Shown here in pieces: positions 40,558 to 54,851 of a stretch of 64,000 bases of DNA (positions within the stretch are counted from its first letter, which is position 1; every line of letters starts with the position of its first letter). Origin of the DNA: Octopus sinensis (taxonomy: Eukaryota); contig NC_043011.1 of the NCBI RefSeq assembly GCF_006345805.1, forward strand, positions 41,056,464 to 41,120,463, in the 5' to 3' direction. A program made the position numbers and the translations under genes. The notes under the pieces were generated by a model. That model did not search any database. It was not told the origin of the DNA and saw nothing but the letters and a program-made list of their open reading frames with translations.

Positions 40558-40806
40558 GTTTCTTTATTGGTCACACAGGGCTGCACACTGATGGGACAAG
40601 TTACAAGGTAGAGCTTTTCTTTTGGGGGAGAAAAAAAAAAGGTGGCGTAGGTTTTTGATCAAAAGGGATCGTAAAAGGGAAAAAAGAACAAAAAAAGAAA
40701 AAAAGGAAAAGAAAAAAAAGAAAAAAGGGGAAAAGGAACAAAAGAAAAGAAAAATGAAAAAAGAAGAAATAGGGGAAGAGGAAAAAAAACGATCAATAGG
40801 GATCGT
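40556..40806 (-). mobile_element. Non-LTR retrotransposon 3' UTR inserted in (GATA)n (Tx1-like by inference)
   Basis: Minus strand pyrimidine-rich UTR ending CCCTGTGTGACCAATAAAGAAAC; second copy at 54017-54303; GATA repeats on both sides. Confidence 0.65.
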
Positions 40807-40956
40807 GTAGATAGATAGATAGATAGATATAGAGTGTGTGTTAAACACTTTCGGAATGCAAATTAGGAACTCCTTCGGAGAGTAACTGCTGCATTTGTTG
40901 AGTATATAAACAGTTTGGCTAATTGTTTCTCTGGAGACTTTCAGAATAGTGTAGAC

Positions 40957-40999
40957 GCCTCGGATGAGAATCCAACAAGATTCGAAAATCGATTTAGGT
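40957..40999 (+). ncRNA. Hammerhead-like motif, U4->G
   Basis: gcct-CGGATGA-GAATC(caacaa)GATTC-GAAAATCGATTT-aggt; palindromic AATCGATT. Confidence 0.55.
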
Positions 41000-41225
41000 C
41001 GTTCACCTTTTTTTTTCAGTCTGCGGAGAAATGGCTAAAAATTTGTCCTGTTTATAATTATACCATATGTTACATATATATATGTTATCTATCTATCTAT
41101 CTATCTATCTATATACCGGAGTAAACACGTAAATGTGAAACAAGGTGGAAAAGAGAGTACTCAAATACCAGTGGTAGAGTAATATGCTTTATTTAAAGCA
41201 AAAGAAAAGTAGGAAGTTTCTAGCA

Positions 41226-41272
41226 AAAACTGTCCGATGAACGGCAACGGGAAACTCAGAGTAACAGGTTTT
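41226..41272 (+). ncRNA. Hammerhead-like motif, U4->C
   Basis: ctgt-CCGATGA-ACG(gcaa)CGG-GAAACTCAGAGTA-acag; lies between the inverted repeats TATGCTTTATTTAAAGCA / TGCTTTAAATAAAGCATA. Confidence 0.6.
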
Positions 41273-41316
41273 GTTGAATTTTCTGCTGCTTTAAATAAAG
41301 CATATCTATCTATATG

Positions 41317-41382
<66 letters not shown>

Positions 41383-41425
41383 AATTATATTTATAAATAT
41401 ATATATATTAATGTATATATGTATA

Positions 41426-41518
<93 letters not shown>

Positions 41519-41610
41519 GCAATTGAGGGCAAAATTAATTAATTATTAATCATTTCACCAAGTGTTCAGTATGCAAAGGGACCATTCAAGGCGAATTCAA
41601 ATTATTACAT

Positions 41611-42058
41611 TATATAAAAGGGCTTAGTAAAAATAAATTACTTGGCCGCATACTGAACTCATTAGAAATAGCAGCTAAAAAACTTTTTTAAAGCTATTTC
41701 TAATACTTAAAGAAAATCTCTCTCATATATAGTGTTTGCTTAATTCAACTCACAAAAGTTTGGGGTAAGGACATCGAAAAATCAAATGCTAGGTTATTGA
41801 GAACGTACGTTCAAGATTAGTCAAAACAACACTTCTATCATCAGCTCAGAAATTCCTTGGTTTGGATTTGGAAACACTGAAAATAAGAACATACCCTTTC
41901 GAAGATCTGCTCGTAACTAACAGTGCCAATCTTACCCCAAACTTTGTAAAGTGAATTAAGCAACACTATATATGAGAGAGATTTTCTTTAAGTATTAGAA
42001 AATAGTTTAAAAAAAGTTTTTCAGTATGCGGCAAAGAATTTATTTTACTAAGCCCTTT

Positions 42059-42063
<5 letters not shown>
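41611..42063. repeat. Long inverted repeat (MITE-like or inverted pLTR)
   Basis: Arms ~41611-41770 and ~41931-42063, e.g. AAGGGCTTAGTAAAA / TTTTACTAAGCCCTT. Confidence 0.75.
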
Positions 42064-42102
<39 letters not shown>

Positions 42103-42556
42103 ATATATATATATCAGAAGATTTAATGAGGAGTTTAGCGTCAAGGTAACCCAAACTAAATGAATTAAATTCCAGTCCTGCCTGACTAATGGTTTGCCTC
42201 TTATTAACCGATATATTTATAGTATATATATATATATATATACTTATATATATATATATATATATATATAGATTTTATATTATATATATATATATAATTA
42301 TATAATATATAGATATATATATATCATTTGGGGGGTGTGGGGTATTGTTATTGTTCATTGATTCAGCATTATGTGCTTCCTATTTTTGTTCTTGTTTTGT
42401 TTTGTTTTGGGGGTTATTTTGTTTGGATTTTTTTGTATGTTTCTGTATTTTTTTTTTTTTTAGATTTAATGGGATTTGGTGGCGGCGGGGATTTCATCTT
42501 TGTACAATCTCCAACGTATCATGAAGAAATCGACATCATTAACATCGCTTTATCAC

Positions 42557-42608
<52 letters not shown>

Positions 42609-43552
42609 TTCACTATTGGTTTTGCCTCTCTCTCTACAAAAAATTTTTGTTTGGTTTATCCTTCTAATTTCATCTTTGCATTTTACCTTCCATGTGACCA
42701 TCACCAGCAACAACATCACCGTCGTTGTCGTCGTCATCTGGTCGTCATCATCGTCATCATCATCATCATCATCATCGTCATCGTCGCCGTCGTCGTCATT
42801 CATCATCATCATCCGTAGCAGCAGCAGCACCATTACCATCATCAACACTATTATCATCGTCGTCGTCATCATCATCATCATCTTTATCGTCCTCAACAAC
42901 GTCTTCATCATAATCATCATCATCATCCTCATCATCCTCATTCTCATCATCATCATCGTCGTCGTCATCATCGTCATCATCACCATCAGCATCATCAGCA
43001 TCTTTATCGTCTTCTTCATCATCGTCCTCATCATCGTCCTCTTCATCATTGTCTTCACCATTGTCATCATCATCATTATCATCATCTTCATCGTCTTCAT
43101 CACCGTTCTCTTCATCATCATCCTCGCCATCATCGTTATCATCATCATCATTATAATCATCATCATCTTTATCGTCCTCATCAACGTCCTCTTCATCATC
43201 GTCATTATCCTCATCATCATTATCATCATCATCATCATTTTTGTCCTCATCATTTTCCTCTTCATCATCATCATCATCATCATTATCATTATCATCGTTG
43301 TAATCGTCATCACCACCACCACCATCCCTTCCCGGTCATCGTCATCAACACCATTGTCATCTTTGGCTTGCTTTTTCTTTTTTTTTCTTCTTGTTTCTTT
43401 GTCGTTCTGCTATCATTCCATTCATTCCTTCGCTCTTAAATTCTTCCACAGAAGGATCATCCATAAGCATCTTTCTTCCTTTCATAATCTCTTCTTCTTC
43501 TTCTTCCCCTCCAAACAGCCACCACCACCACTACCACTCCCACCACCACCAT

Positions 43553-43624
<72 letters not shown>

Positions 43625-44352
43625 TACTGCTTGCTCTTTGCTTTTACCATTTTTTTCTTTCCTTCTTCCATATGGTTGAATATTTCGATAACAGAATTCC
43701 AATCACACATCGTGAAGAAGCAGAGGCTGCAACTGATGTCGAAGATATTTTTGCAGCTTACATCAGCACACGCACACACACACACATACACACACACACA
43801 CACACACACATACACAATGGAATATACATATACGTAAGTGTATGTATATATATATATATGATTGTGTGTGTGTGTACACTAGCTCACGTTTGTATATATA
43901 CATGCATGTTTTGCGTTCTTGTCCTATTTTGTATTTTATATATATATATACATATAATATATATATGAATGCATGTATATATATATGCATATCTGTGAGA
44001 GACAATCTTTGTGTATAATATAAATATATCTACGTATGTATGTATGTATATGTATATATGTATATATATATATATGTATGTATGTATACCACACAATGAT
44101 ACCCTCTGTGTATGTATATTATATATATATATAATGTGCGTGTATGTGTATATGTAGATATATGTATATATATACATATATATACATATATATACATATA
44201 TATACATATATATACATATATATATATACATTATATATACACTCACACACACACACATATATATATATACATATATATATGTATGTATATCTGTGAGAGA
44301 GAATCTTTGTGTATAATATGAATATATCTACATACGTATGTATATATTTATG

Positions 44353-44404
<52 letters not shown>

Positions 44405-44737
44405 GGTACATATGTATATATGTATGTATGTATGTGTGTATGAATGTATATGTATACACACACACACGCGCGCACACACACACACATACTGCAACATGAT
44501 TTGCAACCGTTTAATAAAACGCGCCACTTGTGTGGGGATTCACTGCATTGTGCATCTGTCGGTAAGAGTCGTATCACACGGGGGAATCAAAGCAGTCGAT
44601 AAAGTATTATCATTTCAATGGGTTTTTTTTTCTTTCGTTTTCCTTTTGTTTTTGTTTTTTGTTTTTAAATTTTAATTAAATTTTAATTAATTCAGAGAAC
44701 TTGTTTCTGTAACTGTTGCAGTAGAGGTGATGGCAAC

Positions 44738-44769
<32 letters not shown>

Positions 44770-45296
44770 GGAGGAGGAGGAGGAGGAGGGTGGTAGTGGT
44801 GGTGGTGATGGTGGTGGTGGTTGTGGTGGTGGTGGTGGTGGTGGTGGTGGTGGTGGTGGTAAAGATGGTGGAGGTATTGGCGGTGATGGTGGTGGTATGA
44901 GTAGCTGTGGCGTTTATGATGATGATGATGATTTTGGTGATGTAATAATGATGGTGAAGGGAAGGGAAAGGTTGAATGATGTTGCGAAAGAGGAAAAGAA
45001 GAAGAGGTGGAGAATGGTGAGGGCGATGTGGATGACGGTGGTGGGAGATTTGTGGTGATCGCAGTGGTGATGATGGTTGTAGTAGTGGTGGTGGTGGTGG
45101 TGGTGGTGGTGGTAGTTGTAGCGGCGGTGGTGTGATACGGTGGTAGTAGTCGTGGTCGTTGTGAAGCTAGTGGAAGTGGTGATGGTCGCGGTGATGCTGG
45201 TGGTAATGGTGGTGGTAGTGCTGCTGCTGCTGCTGGTGTTGATGGTTGTAGTGGTAGAGGTGGTGCTGGTGATGGTGGTGGTAGTGGTACTGGTAG

Positions 45297-45327
<31 letters not shown>

Positions 45328-45780
45328 GGTGCTGGTGACAGTGGTGATAGTAGTGGTGGTCGTGGTCGTGGCCGTTGTCGTCGTCGTCGTGATGGCAATG
45401 GCGGTGGTGATCCTAGTACTCAATTGGTATTCAATTATTTTATCGACCCAGATAAGATAAAAGTCGAAGTTGACCACGGCGGAATTTGAACTCAATATAA
45501 AGAGCAAATAGAGGGTGGAAAAAAGTCGAAGGCTGCCCGTGAAGCTCGAACCCAGATCCATTGTGAGTATGGCGGACGATCTAACTATTGAACCAATGTA
45601 ACACCAAGAATTTACTCCAGCCGTATTAGAAGCTTTGTTCATACGAACGAGAATTGTGAGAAGTTGATTTGAATTTAGACACTTCGAAAGAACTGAAGTA
45701 TTTTCTTTCTGTTTTCTTTTTTGTTTTGTTTTTGTAGTCGAACTCGAAGTAGATAAAGCTATAAATAAAAACTTCAAATT

Positions 45781-46425
45781 TTGGCACAAGGCTAGCAATT
45801 TTGGGAAGGTGGCAAGTCGATTACATTATCTCCCAAACTGGTACTTATTTTATCAACTCCCGACAGGATGAAAAGCTAAGTCGACCTCGGCGGAATTTGA
45901 ACTCAGAACATAAAAAACGGATCAAATGCCCGGCGTGCTAACGATTCTGCCAGCTCGCCGCCTTAAAGCTAAAAATAATCGTTTCTACTATAGGCACAAG
46001 GCCCGAAACTTTAGGGACGGATGCTAGTCGATTACATCGACCTCAGTATTTAAGTGGTACTTATTTTATTGAACTCCGAAAAGGATAAAAGGTAAAGTCG
46101 GCCTTGACGAAATTTGAACTCAGAACATAAATACGGACGAAATGCCGCTAAGCATTTTTATCGGCGTGCTAACGATTCTGCAGCTCACCCCTTTAAAGCT
46201 GCAAGCAATTCTTTCTACTATAGGCACAAGGCCTGGAATTTGTGGGGAGTGGGATAGTTGATTAGATCGATCCCAGTACGCAACTGGAACTTAATTTATC
46301 AACCCCGAAAGGATGAAAGGCAAAGTCGACCCAGGCGGAATTTGAACTCAGAACGTAAAGACTGACGAAATGCTGCAAAGCATTTTTCCCAGTGTGTTGA
46401 CGATTCTGCCAGCTCGGCGCTTTAA
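45781..46425 (-). mobile_element. Three head-to-tail SINE family B units
   Basis: GGCACAAGG...GAACTCAGAAC...GCCAGCTC...TAAAGCT unit repeated at ~210-230 bp spacing. Confidence 0.85.
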
Positions 46426-46659
46426 AGCTGCAAATAATAGCTTAAAGGATACTGAGTTTAAACAAACCTTCGATAGAAAATAGAGACGAAGGCAACCCGT
46501 GGGACGTGAATCCAAATATCCTGTGAACATGATAGACAGGCTAAAATTTATACTTAAATGACATTTCGAATTTCCGGCGTCCAAAAGCTATTATTAATAG
46601 CTTTATCTACTTCGAGTTCCAGCATAAAAATGCATTTTTATGCTTCTTTTATTTTTCAA

Positions 46660-47335
46660 AATTTAAATAAGCAAAGTTCGTTTTTAATCTAAAGTATACT
46701 CTCCTTCATTTTCTACAATGATCTTCCGTCTATCTGGTTGACTTGCAAGGTCCCTCTTCCAAAACTCACTTGTCCGTCACGAAAAATCCTTCTCCGGTAC
46801 TGTTCTGACCTCGTCTGCAGCGAATTCATATTTTTTCCGTCTAAACGTTTTTGAAGACTGCGAAATAAGTGATAATCAGAGGGGTGAATGTGATGGCTAG
46901 GGCATCGTTTCCCATTCAAACTACTCCAACCTTTGGAATGTCATCCTCGCTGTATGTGACCGAGCATTATCCTGATGGAAGAACACCTTTCATTTTGAAA
47001 CCAAGGATGGTTGTTTTTCTTCTAGCGCTGACTTGAGCTGCTCAAGCTGCTCACAGTAGATCTCCTTTGTTATCGTTTGGTTTGGGTTTAAAAGTTCAAA
47101 GTGGACTAAACCTTTCATATCCCACCAATCAGATAACAACACCTTACGTGGGTGAACACCTTTAGTCTACCCACTGTCCTCGGTGCTTCACGTTTTTATA
47201 GAGAACCCATTCCTCGTTACCAGTCCAAATAAGGTTCATTCGTGGGCAAAGAAGAGAACACATTCACTCTCTGCGTGCGATTACACTCGGAAAGTTTGTG
47301 AGGAACATATTGACCTAATTTGCTAACTTTCCCAT
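46660..47335 (-). pseudogene. Mariner transposase relic
   Basis: Minus strand FHQDNARSH and PSDYHLFRSLQ motifs. Confidence 0.8.
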
Positions 47336-47339
47336 GGCT

Positions 47340-47604
<265 letters not shown>

Positions 47605-47678
47605 ATATATATATAACATATATATATATATACTTATATATATATACTATATATATATATATATAATATTATATATAT

Positions 47679-47718
<40 letters not shown>

Positions 47719-48554
47719 GTTATATATATATATATTAATAAATATATATATACACATATATATATATATACACATATATATATAATACACATATATATAT
47801 ACACATATATATTATACACATATATATAATATATACACATATATATATATATACACATATATATAATATACACATATATATATATACACATATATATATA
47901 TACACATATATATATATATATACACATATATATATATACACATTATATATACATATATACACATATATATACATATATATACATATATATATATACATAT
48001 ATACATATATATAAATGTATATATGTATATATGTATGTATATATATATGTATATATATGTATGTATATATATATACTTACCTATATATATATGTATTATG
48101 TATGTATTATATGTTATGGATACATACATAGAAACATGTGTATATATGTATGTGTGTATGTATATATATATATACGTATACGTATGTATATGTGTCTGTC
48201 TATGTTTGTGCGTGCGTGTCTGTGTGTATCTTCTTTCTATGTTCTTTGGATATCTCAAAGAATTTCGCCTAACTTTCTGCTCACAATAGTTGGTTATTAG
48301 ATGTTCCTCACACGTAACACGATATCGGCGTTTTTTCCGGGAAAGAGGAAACCTACAAGCAAGATTGACATTATTCTTCGGATTTTTCATTATGAATTTC
48401 AGCGTCTATGGAGCTGTCCAAACTAAGAATCACCCGCTGGTCTTTACCATTATTGGCTCTTCCTGGTTGTTTGGAAGATTTGAGGAATAACACAAAAAAA
48501 GTGCAAGACTGCATTTAAAAATTTGCAAGATTTCGAATAGAGACATTATAATAC

Positions 48555-48602
<48 letters not shown>

Positions 48603-48603
<1 letters not shown>

Positions 48604-48925
48604 AGGTATGCGATAAGGAAGAAAGAAGAGTCGTGAGATATGACAGGTTAGCTTGGGAAGTTAAGTAGTTGTGGTCGATGAAAAAGGTGGTAGCAGTACC
48701 AATAATTGTCGTAGCCCTGGGAACAGTGAGTAAAAATCTTGAGAAGTACATGGAACAAATAGGGGCTGCAATAAGAGTGGAACACTTGCAGAAAACAGCA
48801 CTGCTTGAAACCGCTCGAATACTCCGGAAGGGGCTCGAAAAATATGAGATGTTACCTTAGTTCACCGGTAGTGAACAGCTGACACTGTAGCACATCTCCA
48901 GCGTTTGAAGCTGTGCAAATACAAC
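48603..48925 (+). mobile_element. R4/Dong-like LINE 3' end
   Basis: LWSMKKV..VPIIVVALG..VEHLQKTALLETARILRK, followed by (CAA/TAA)n. Confidence 0.8.
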
Positions 48926-49004
48926 AACAATAACAATAATAATAATAATAATAATGATAATAATAATATAATAATGATGATGATGATGATGATGATGATG
49001 ATAA

Positions 49005-49900
49005 TAATGTGGTACTCAAAAGCATTTCAAAACAAACTAGGGAGTGAAAGTGAAAGCGATGCATGGATAATACCACAGAGAAATATAAAGAAATGGGACC
49101 AAGAGATGGCTAAGGAAAAATGATCTGAAAGGATGCACTGAGGCATTGATATGCAGCACCCAGGAACAAGCTCTGAGAACTAATTGCACCAAGTTCCAAA
49201 TAGATAAGAGTAGTGAATCGCCCCTTTTGTAGGATGTGTGGCCTCAGAAATGAAACGGTCTCGCATATTGTGAGTAAATATAGCAAACTGGCTTAAAAGG
49301 AATACAAAAAGAGGCATGATTACATAGCTAAATATGTTCAGTGGAGATTGTGGGAGAAGAATGGCCTTGAAAGGACATTGAAATGGAGCGAGCACAAACC
49401 AGAATGTATCACAGAGAATAATGAGCATAAGATCTTATGGGGTTCTACAATCCGGTGTGACTCAATGAATAATGTTAGAAGACCAGACATTGTTGTAGTG
49501 GACAAAAGGAAGAAGAATAAGATCATAGATATTGCCATACCTGGGTGTTTACGAGTGGGTGACAAAAAACTGGGGAAGATTGAGTACAAGCCACTACAAG
49601 ATGAAAGTGTATGAATTGGGGGCAGTGGAGAAAGTAACTGTCATTCTAGTTGTTGAAGGAACACTGGGAGCATTAAGAACAACCAAGTCTAAGGAATTTG
49701 TTGGAGAAATTGGGATTGACATGAGGGTAGAACATACTTGGAGAACTGTTTTTTTCTGGGGACAGCGAGGATGTTGAGATTGGTACTTGGGTGTTAAGGG
49801 TCATGGAAAGAGAATCGGTGAAACACTTGACAGATATGCTGTCAGAATTAACCGGAGCAAGTAAAATCGAGAACTCTGAGAAGGGAAATGGAAATAATAA
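49005..49900 (+). mobile_element. R4/Dong-like LINE fragment (CCHC plus RLE), decayed
   Basis: TEALICSTQEQALRTN..CRMC..ETVSHIVS..KRHD..KILW..RRPDIVVVDK..IDIAIPG. Confidence 0.85.
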
Positions 49901-50017
49901 TGAAATTGTTAATGTTGAGATATAAAAATTCTAAAAATTAAAAGTAAAAGAAATTATCATTATCATCGTCGTCATCATCATCATCACAATTTATTATTAT
50001 TATTATTATTATTATTA

Positions 50018-50062
<45 letters not shown>

Positions 50063-50172
50063 GTTTTTCCTTCTTTCTTCAAATTTTCTTCCATTTCTCG
50101 CCGAGTGTTTTCCATATATTATTATTATCATTATTATTATTAGTAGTATTATTATTATTATTATTATTATTA

Positions 50173-50209
<37 letters not shown>

Positions 50210-50829
50210 GTTGTTGTTATTGTTGTTATTATTATTATTATCATTATATTATTATTATTATTAAAATTTTAATGGTAGAATCCCAGTGTGACTAATTATT
50301 GCCTTTGCATAGTCCCTTATAGGTTGCTTAATAGTGTTGCTAATACTACTGCAAATGTTCTTGCTGTGTTTCATTGAATTCGACCCTTTTTTCAATTTGA
50401 ACATAATATAGGATAAAATATTATTAATTTACGTTTTTACTTCATTTTTTGGTTTGTTTTTTGTTTATAAATATTTTTCTTTATTTTGACTACACTTTCT
50501 TATTCTTCCCACTTTCCTTGTCTTCATTTTATCATCATTGTTACTGCTATTATTAATATTATCATTCTTATTATTAATATCATCACCATCATTATATTTC
50601 CAAGAGCTTCATATGTCTTTCTTTGTGCCGTATAAGCAACATTGTCCTTTGGAGAGTAGTACTTCGCTTGTTAGCAATTACAACTGTTTTACCTTATTAC
50701 GGGGTTTGTTTTCTGTGTTACTTATGGCTTTTCAATGTATCGTATGTTTTCTATGTAGAACAGGTATCGCTTAAGTTATGTTATTACGTTCTATCGGTTA
50801 ATCCTTGTTTCGAATTTGTAAAATGCTAC

Positions 50830-51290
50830 TGACTGGGTTCCATATATTGCGAGTAGGATGGAGAGACTACACCCAAAATTCAAGAGTACTGTGAAGATTT
50901 CATTTACTTTTCGGGGTTGGGGTGGCCGACCGCTAATCACCGCTCTTACTCTTGTCTTTATTCCAGTCTCCAGACCGCGATATACAGAGTAGACTTCCCT
51001 CGAATGGACCCTGGCTTTGGTAATTATTTTATCATATTACTGCGTTTGCAAACTCACGGTCAATGGCCCATAGATGTCCCCTTTCTTTTGCATTTTTCTA
51101 AGCATATTGGTATCCAGAGGGCAGTTAATTTCCACAACAGAACATACCTTTTTCTTGGGGTTCCATACCACAATATCTGGCCGGTTGTCTTTTAACCCAT
51201 TAGCGCCCATGGTCCTTTTTTTAGGACCAGAAGGATAATCCATCATATTTCTGCAACACCGGTATTTTTCTGAGTTTCTTAGTCAATCTA
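50830..51290 (-). mobile_element. RLE LINE fragment with probable 3' UTR
   Basis: NRPDIVVWNPKKKVCSVVEINCPLD (PD..E motif). Confidence 0.75.
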
Positions 51291-51671
51291 AGAATTAGTT
51301 TTCTTTAGTTAATCAAGACTGGAGTTTCTTCCACATATTGTAATAATTTTTTTTATATATATATTTAGTTTCAGACAAAGTTGTATAAAAAAAAATTTTT
51401 TTTTTTGATAATAAATATTTTTGAAAAATTAAACACTAATTGGTTAACTTTTTTCAGTTCCACCAATATTCTTTTGACCCATCGGTCTGAATACGGTCAA
51501 CTTTGTCTGTAGGTGTTTCCTTTTTGTTTTTTCCAGACCGTTCTCACCGATCCATGCATGCATGCATGGGTGGATGGATGGATGGATGGATAGATGGATG
51601 GATGCATGCATGTATGTGAGAGTGAGTATGTGTGTTCAGACATATATATGTATATCAATATAAATATATAT

Positions 51672-51963
51672 CGGAGCTTCTCAAACTATCTGATGTGGTG
51701 TACCGAAAGTTCTTTTCCCAATGTGCCACGGACCGGTAATATTTCTTAGTAATATTAATCTATACCGGAAACAATGTATATAATGAACATAATAAAAGTT
51801 GACAATTTTCTTTTATCTTATATTCATTTTGTAAGCAAATAATACAATATTACATAAGCATTTTATAATGTTTCTTTCTTTTCTGGAAACTCGCCGTGTA
51901 CCGGCAGCTGATGGGCTCGCGGACCGGCACCGGTCCGCGGACCAGCACTTTGAGTAGCACTAC
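51672..51963. mobile_element. hAT/Charlie (MER5-like) MITE
   Basis: GCTTCTCAAACT left end and CCGCGGACCAGCACTTTGAGTAGCACT right end. Confidence 0.6.
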
Positions 51964-51971
51964 ATATATTA

Positions 51972-52345
51972 GGCGGTGAGCAAAATGCTTAATGGTATTT
52001 CGCCTGCCGTTACATTCGGAGTTCAAATTCCACCGAGGTCGACTTTGCCTTTCATCCTTTCGGGGTCGATAAATTAAGTGCCAGTTACGCACTGGGGTCG
52101 ATGAAATCGACTTAATCCGTTTGTCTGTCCTTGTTTGTCCCTTCTGTGTTTAACCCCTTGTGGGTAATAAAGAAATAGGTATTTCGTCTGCCGCTACGTT
52201 CTGAGTTCAAATTCCGCCGAGGTCGACTTCGCCTTTCATCCTTTCGGGGGTTGATAAATTAAGTAGCAGTTGCGTACTGAGGACGATCTAATTGACTGGC
52301 ACCCTCCCCAAAACTTTCGGGCCTTGTGTCTAGAGTAGAAAAGAA
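51972..52345 (+). mobile_element. SINE family B with tandem second unit
   Basis: Two central domains in tandem. Confidence 0.85.
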
Positions 52346-52454
52346 TATATGTGTGTGTGCGTGTGTGTGTGTGAGTGTGTATACAAAATATACATATGTA
52401 TACAAATATACACACATATATGTACACATATACATGTAATCATACTTGCATATG

Positions 52455-52493
<39 letters not shown>

Positions 52494-52511
52494 GAGCTAA
52501 TCCTATTATAA

Positions 52512-52544
<33 letters not shown>

Positions 52545-52625
52545 CGTTTATAAGTAGATATATATGTATAAACATATATATATATACACGCTTACACACT
52601 CACATACATACATACATACATACAC

Positions 52626-52660
<35 letters not shown>

Positions 52661-53116
52661 CATATACATATACATATACACATACATATGCATATGTGAG
52701 TGTGTGTGTGTGTGTATTATATAAGCTGAAATTGCATAGACTGCCACCATCCATTCCACATTTAACACATTTCATTCAAACATTGTAATGAATGAAACCA
52801 TTTTATTTTTGTATAAGGAATAAATTATGTTCAAAAATAAAACATTGAACAATCCCGTTAACAATGTAAAACTCTTTGATGTTGTTGAACGCTTTTGTAC
52901 AAAAAAACCATCCATAATTCACTCCGTTGTCTGCTTGTTATGTGACGACAAAAGCAATGAATTTTGTTTTTATTTTCGTTAAATGAAATGTTTGTTTTTT
53001 TTTCTGTATAGATTGCAACTTTATGATTCATGTGTTACGTTATTATTCGCTTTCAGCCGTTGGGTGGTTCAAGTGTTTTTAAAGTGATAAAAAGTGGGCG
53101 GGAGTGGACGGGTTTA

Positions 53117-53631
53117 TTTTATATATATAAAACTGTAGTTGTGTGAGTGTCTGTCCCCTTCGATTTAGATTCCTAACTACTCCCACATTTTGCGGTGCAG
53201 TTTAACCAAATTCGGGTATCTTATAGTCGTGATTCCTATCGAGCCCGTCTGAGTATTAGCGCGCGTCTACGATGAGTCTACGATTTTAAAAATAATTTAA
53301 CATCATTTTTTATTCCATTTTAATGCATAATTTTTCGTGTGTCGATGGCGGCGGAGTTGGCGTCCACGCTCAAACACCTGCACCTGTGTTTGCTTCTCCC
53401 CCTTCCCTCCCTCGTGAAGCTGTGGGGAAGGGAGTGTAAAGAAATCAACGTCGTAATGCGTTGTCAAGGAGACCAGCGTTCTTTTAGAACAACGACTTCA
53501 TGGCTTGAAGACACCAAAACAGAAATGGCTAAGAAAGCCCGAATTGGCATCTATAAGGAAAGTAACTCTCTAAAAATGCTTATATAGTTATTTCCCTTAC
53601 AAACCCGAGCAACGCCGGGCGATACTGCTAG
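53117..53631 (+). mobile_element. Non-autonomous Helitron
   Basis: 3' CCCGAGCAACGCCGGG hairpin plus CTAG followed by T; 3' ~65 bp shared with 12469-12854. Confidence 0.75.
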
Positions 53632-53658
53632 TTTTATATAAAAACATATATAAAATTA

Positions 53659-53881
53659 TACGAGCAGGTGCTGAAAAGTAGCTGGCTTTGGATAAAATTA
53701 GATACAGGGGGATCAGTTAATTATGATTTTTTTTCCACATGTTCCCCTCTCAGATTCACACACTTACTGCAGCGGTCCTTCAGTTTTTCTAAGCCCAGTA
53801 AATGAACTCAGAAGTTTGGACCTCCAGCCAGGCCTTTCGCAATACCCTTAAGGTCAGGAATTATTTAGCACCTCTCTCGTA
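53659..53881. mobile_element. Mariner-type MITE
   Basis: TA-CGAG..GGTGCTGAAAA ... TTTAGCACC..CTCG-TA imperfect TIRs. Confidence 0.6.
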
Positions 53882-53944
53882 CATCCTATGTTAGCCCAAA
53901 GGTTAGGCGAAAAAGTTTGAGATTACGTATGTGCGAATATGTAC

Positions 53945-54016
<72 letters not shown>

Positions 54017-54020
<4 letters not shown>

Positions 54021-54303
54021 GTTTCTTTATTGGCCACACAGGGCTGCACACAGATGGGACAAGTTACAAGGTAGAGCTTTTCTTTTGGGGGATGGAAAAA
54101 AACAAAAAACAAAAGAAACAAAAAAGGAGTGGCGTAGGTTTTCGATCAAGAGGGATCGTAAAAGGGAAGAAAAGAACAAAAAAAAATAAAATAAAAAATA
54201 AAAAAATAAAAATTTAAAAAAAGAAGAAAAGGAAAAGGAACAAAAGAAAAGAGAAATGAAAAAAAGAAGAAAAAAGGGGAAAAAGGGGAAGAGGAAAAAA
54301 AAA
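54017..54303 (-). mobile_element. Second (GATA)n-embedded retrotransposon 3' UTR
   Basis: Near-identical ends to 40556-40806. Confidence 0.65.
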
Positions 54304-54330
54304 GATAGATAGATAGATAGATAGATAGAT

Positions 54331-54382
<52 letters not shown>

Positions 54383-54851
54383 CATGCATATATAAGGACT
54401 AAAGAAATACAGTTGTGTGTGGTTGTGTATGGTGATGTATCATTGTGATATGTGTATGTGTGTGCGTATGTGTGCGTGTGTGTGCATAATTTAATATACA
54501 CAGAATTTAAAAAAGAGCTACCAATAGTTTTTGTGCTGTAGAAATAGAACGATTTGGAAGTTTTATATAACATGCCATGTGTCTCCAAGCAATCCTTCAG
54601 GCTCAGTGAATACTTAACTCTTAGTAGACGGAGTTCTTTTTTCTTGGTCCTACTTATAAAGGAAGAGTATACGACAGGCAGGCAGACAGGCAGACAGATG
54701 TGCGTGTATATATATATTTCTTTATTGCCCACAAGGGGCTAAACATAGAGGGGACAAACAAGGACAGACAAACGAATAAAGTCGATTACATCGACCCCAG
54801 TACGTAACTGGTACTTAATTTATCGACCCCAAAAGGATGAAAGGCAAAGTG

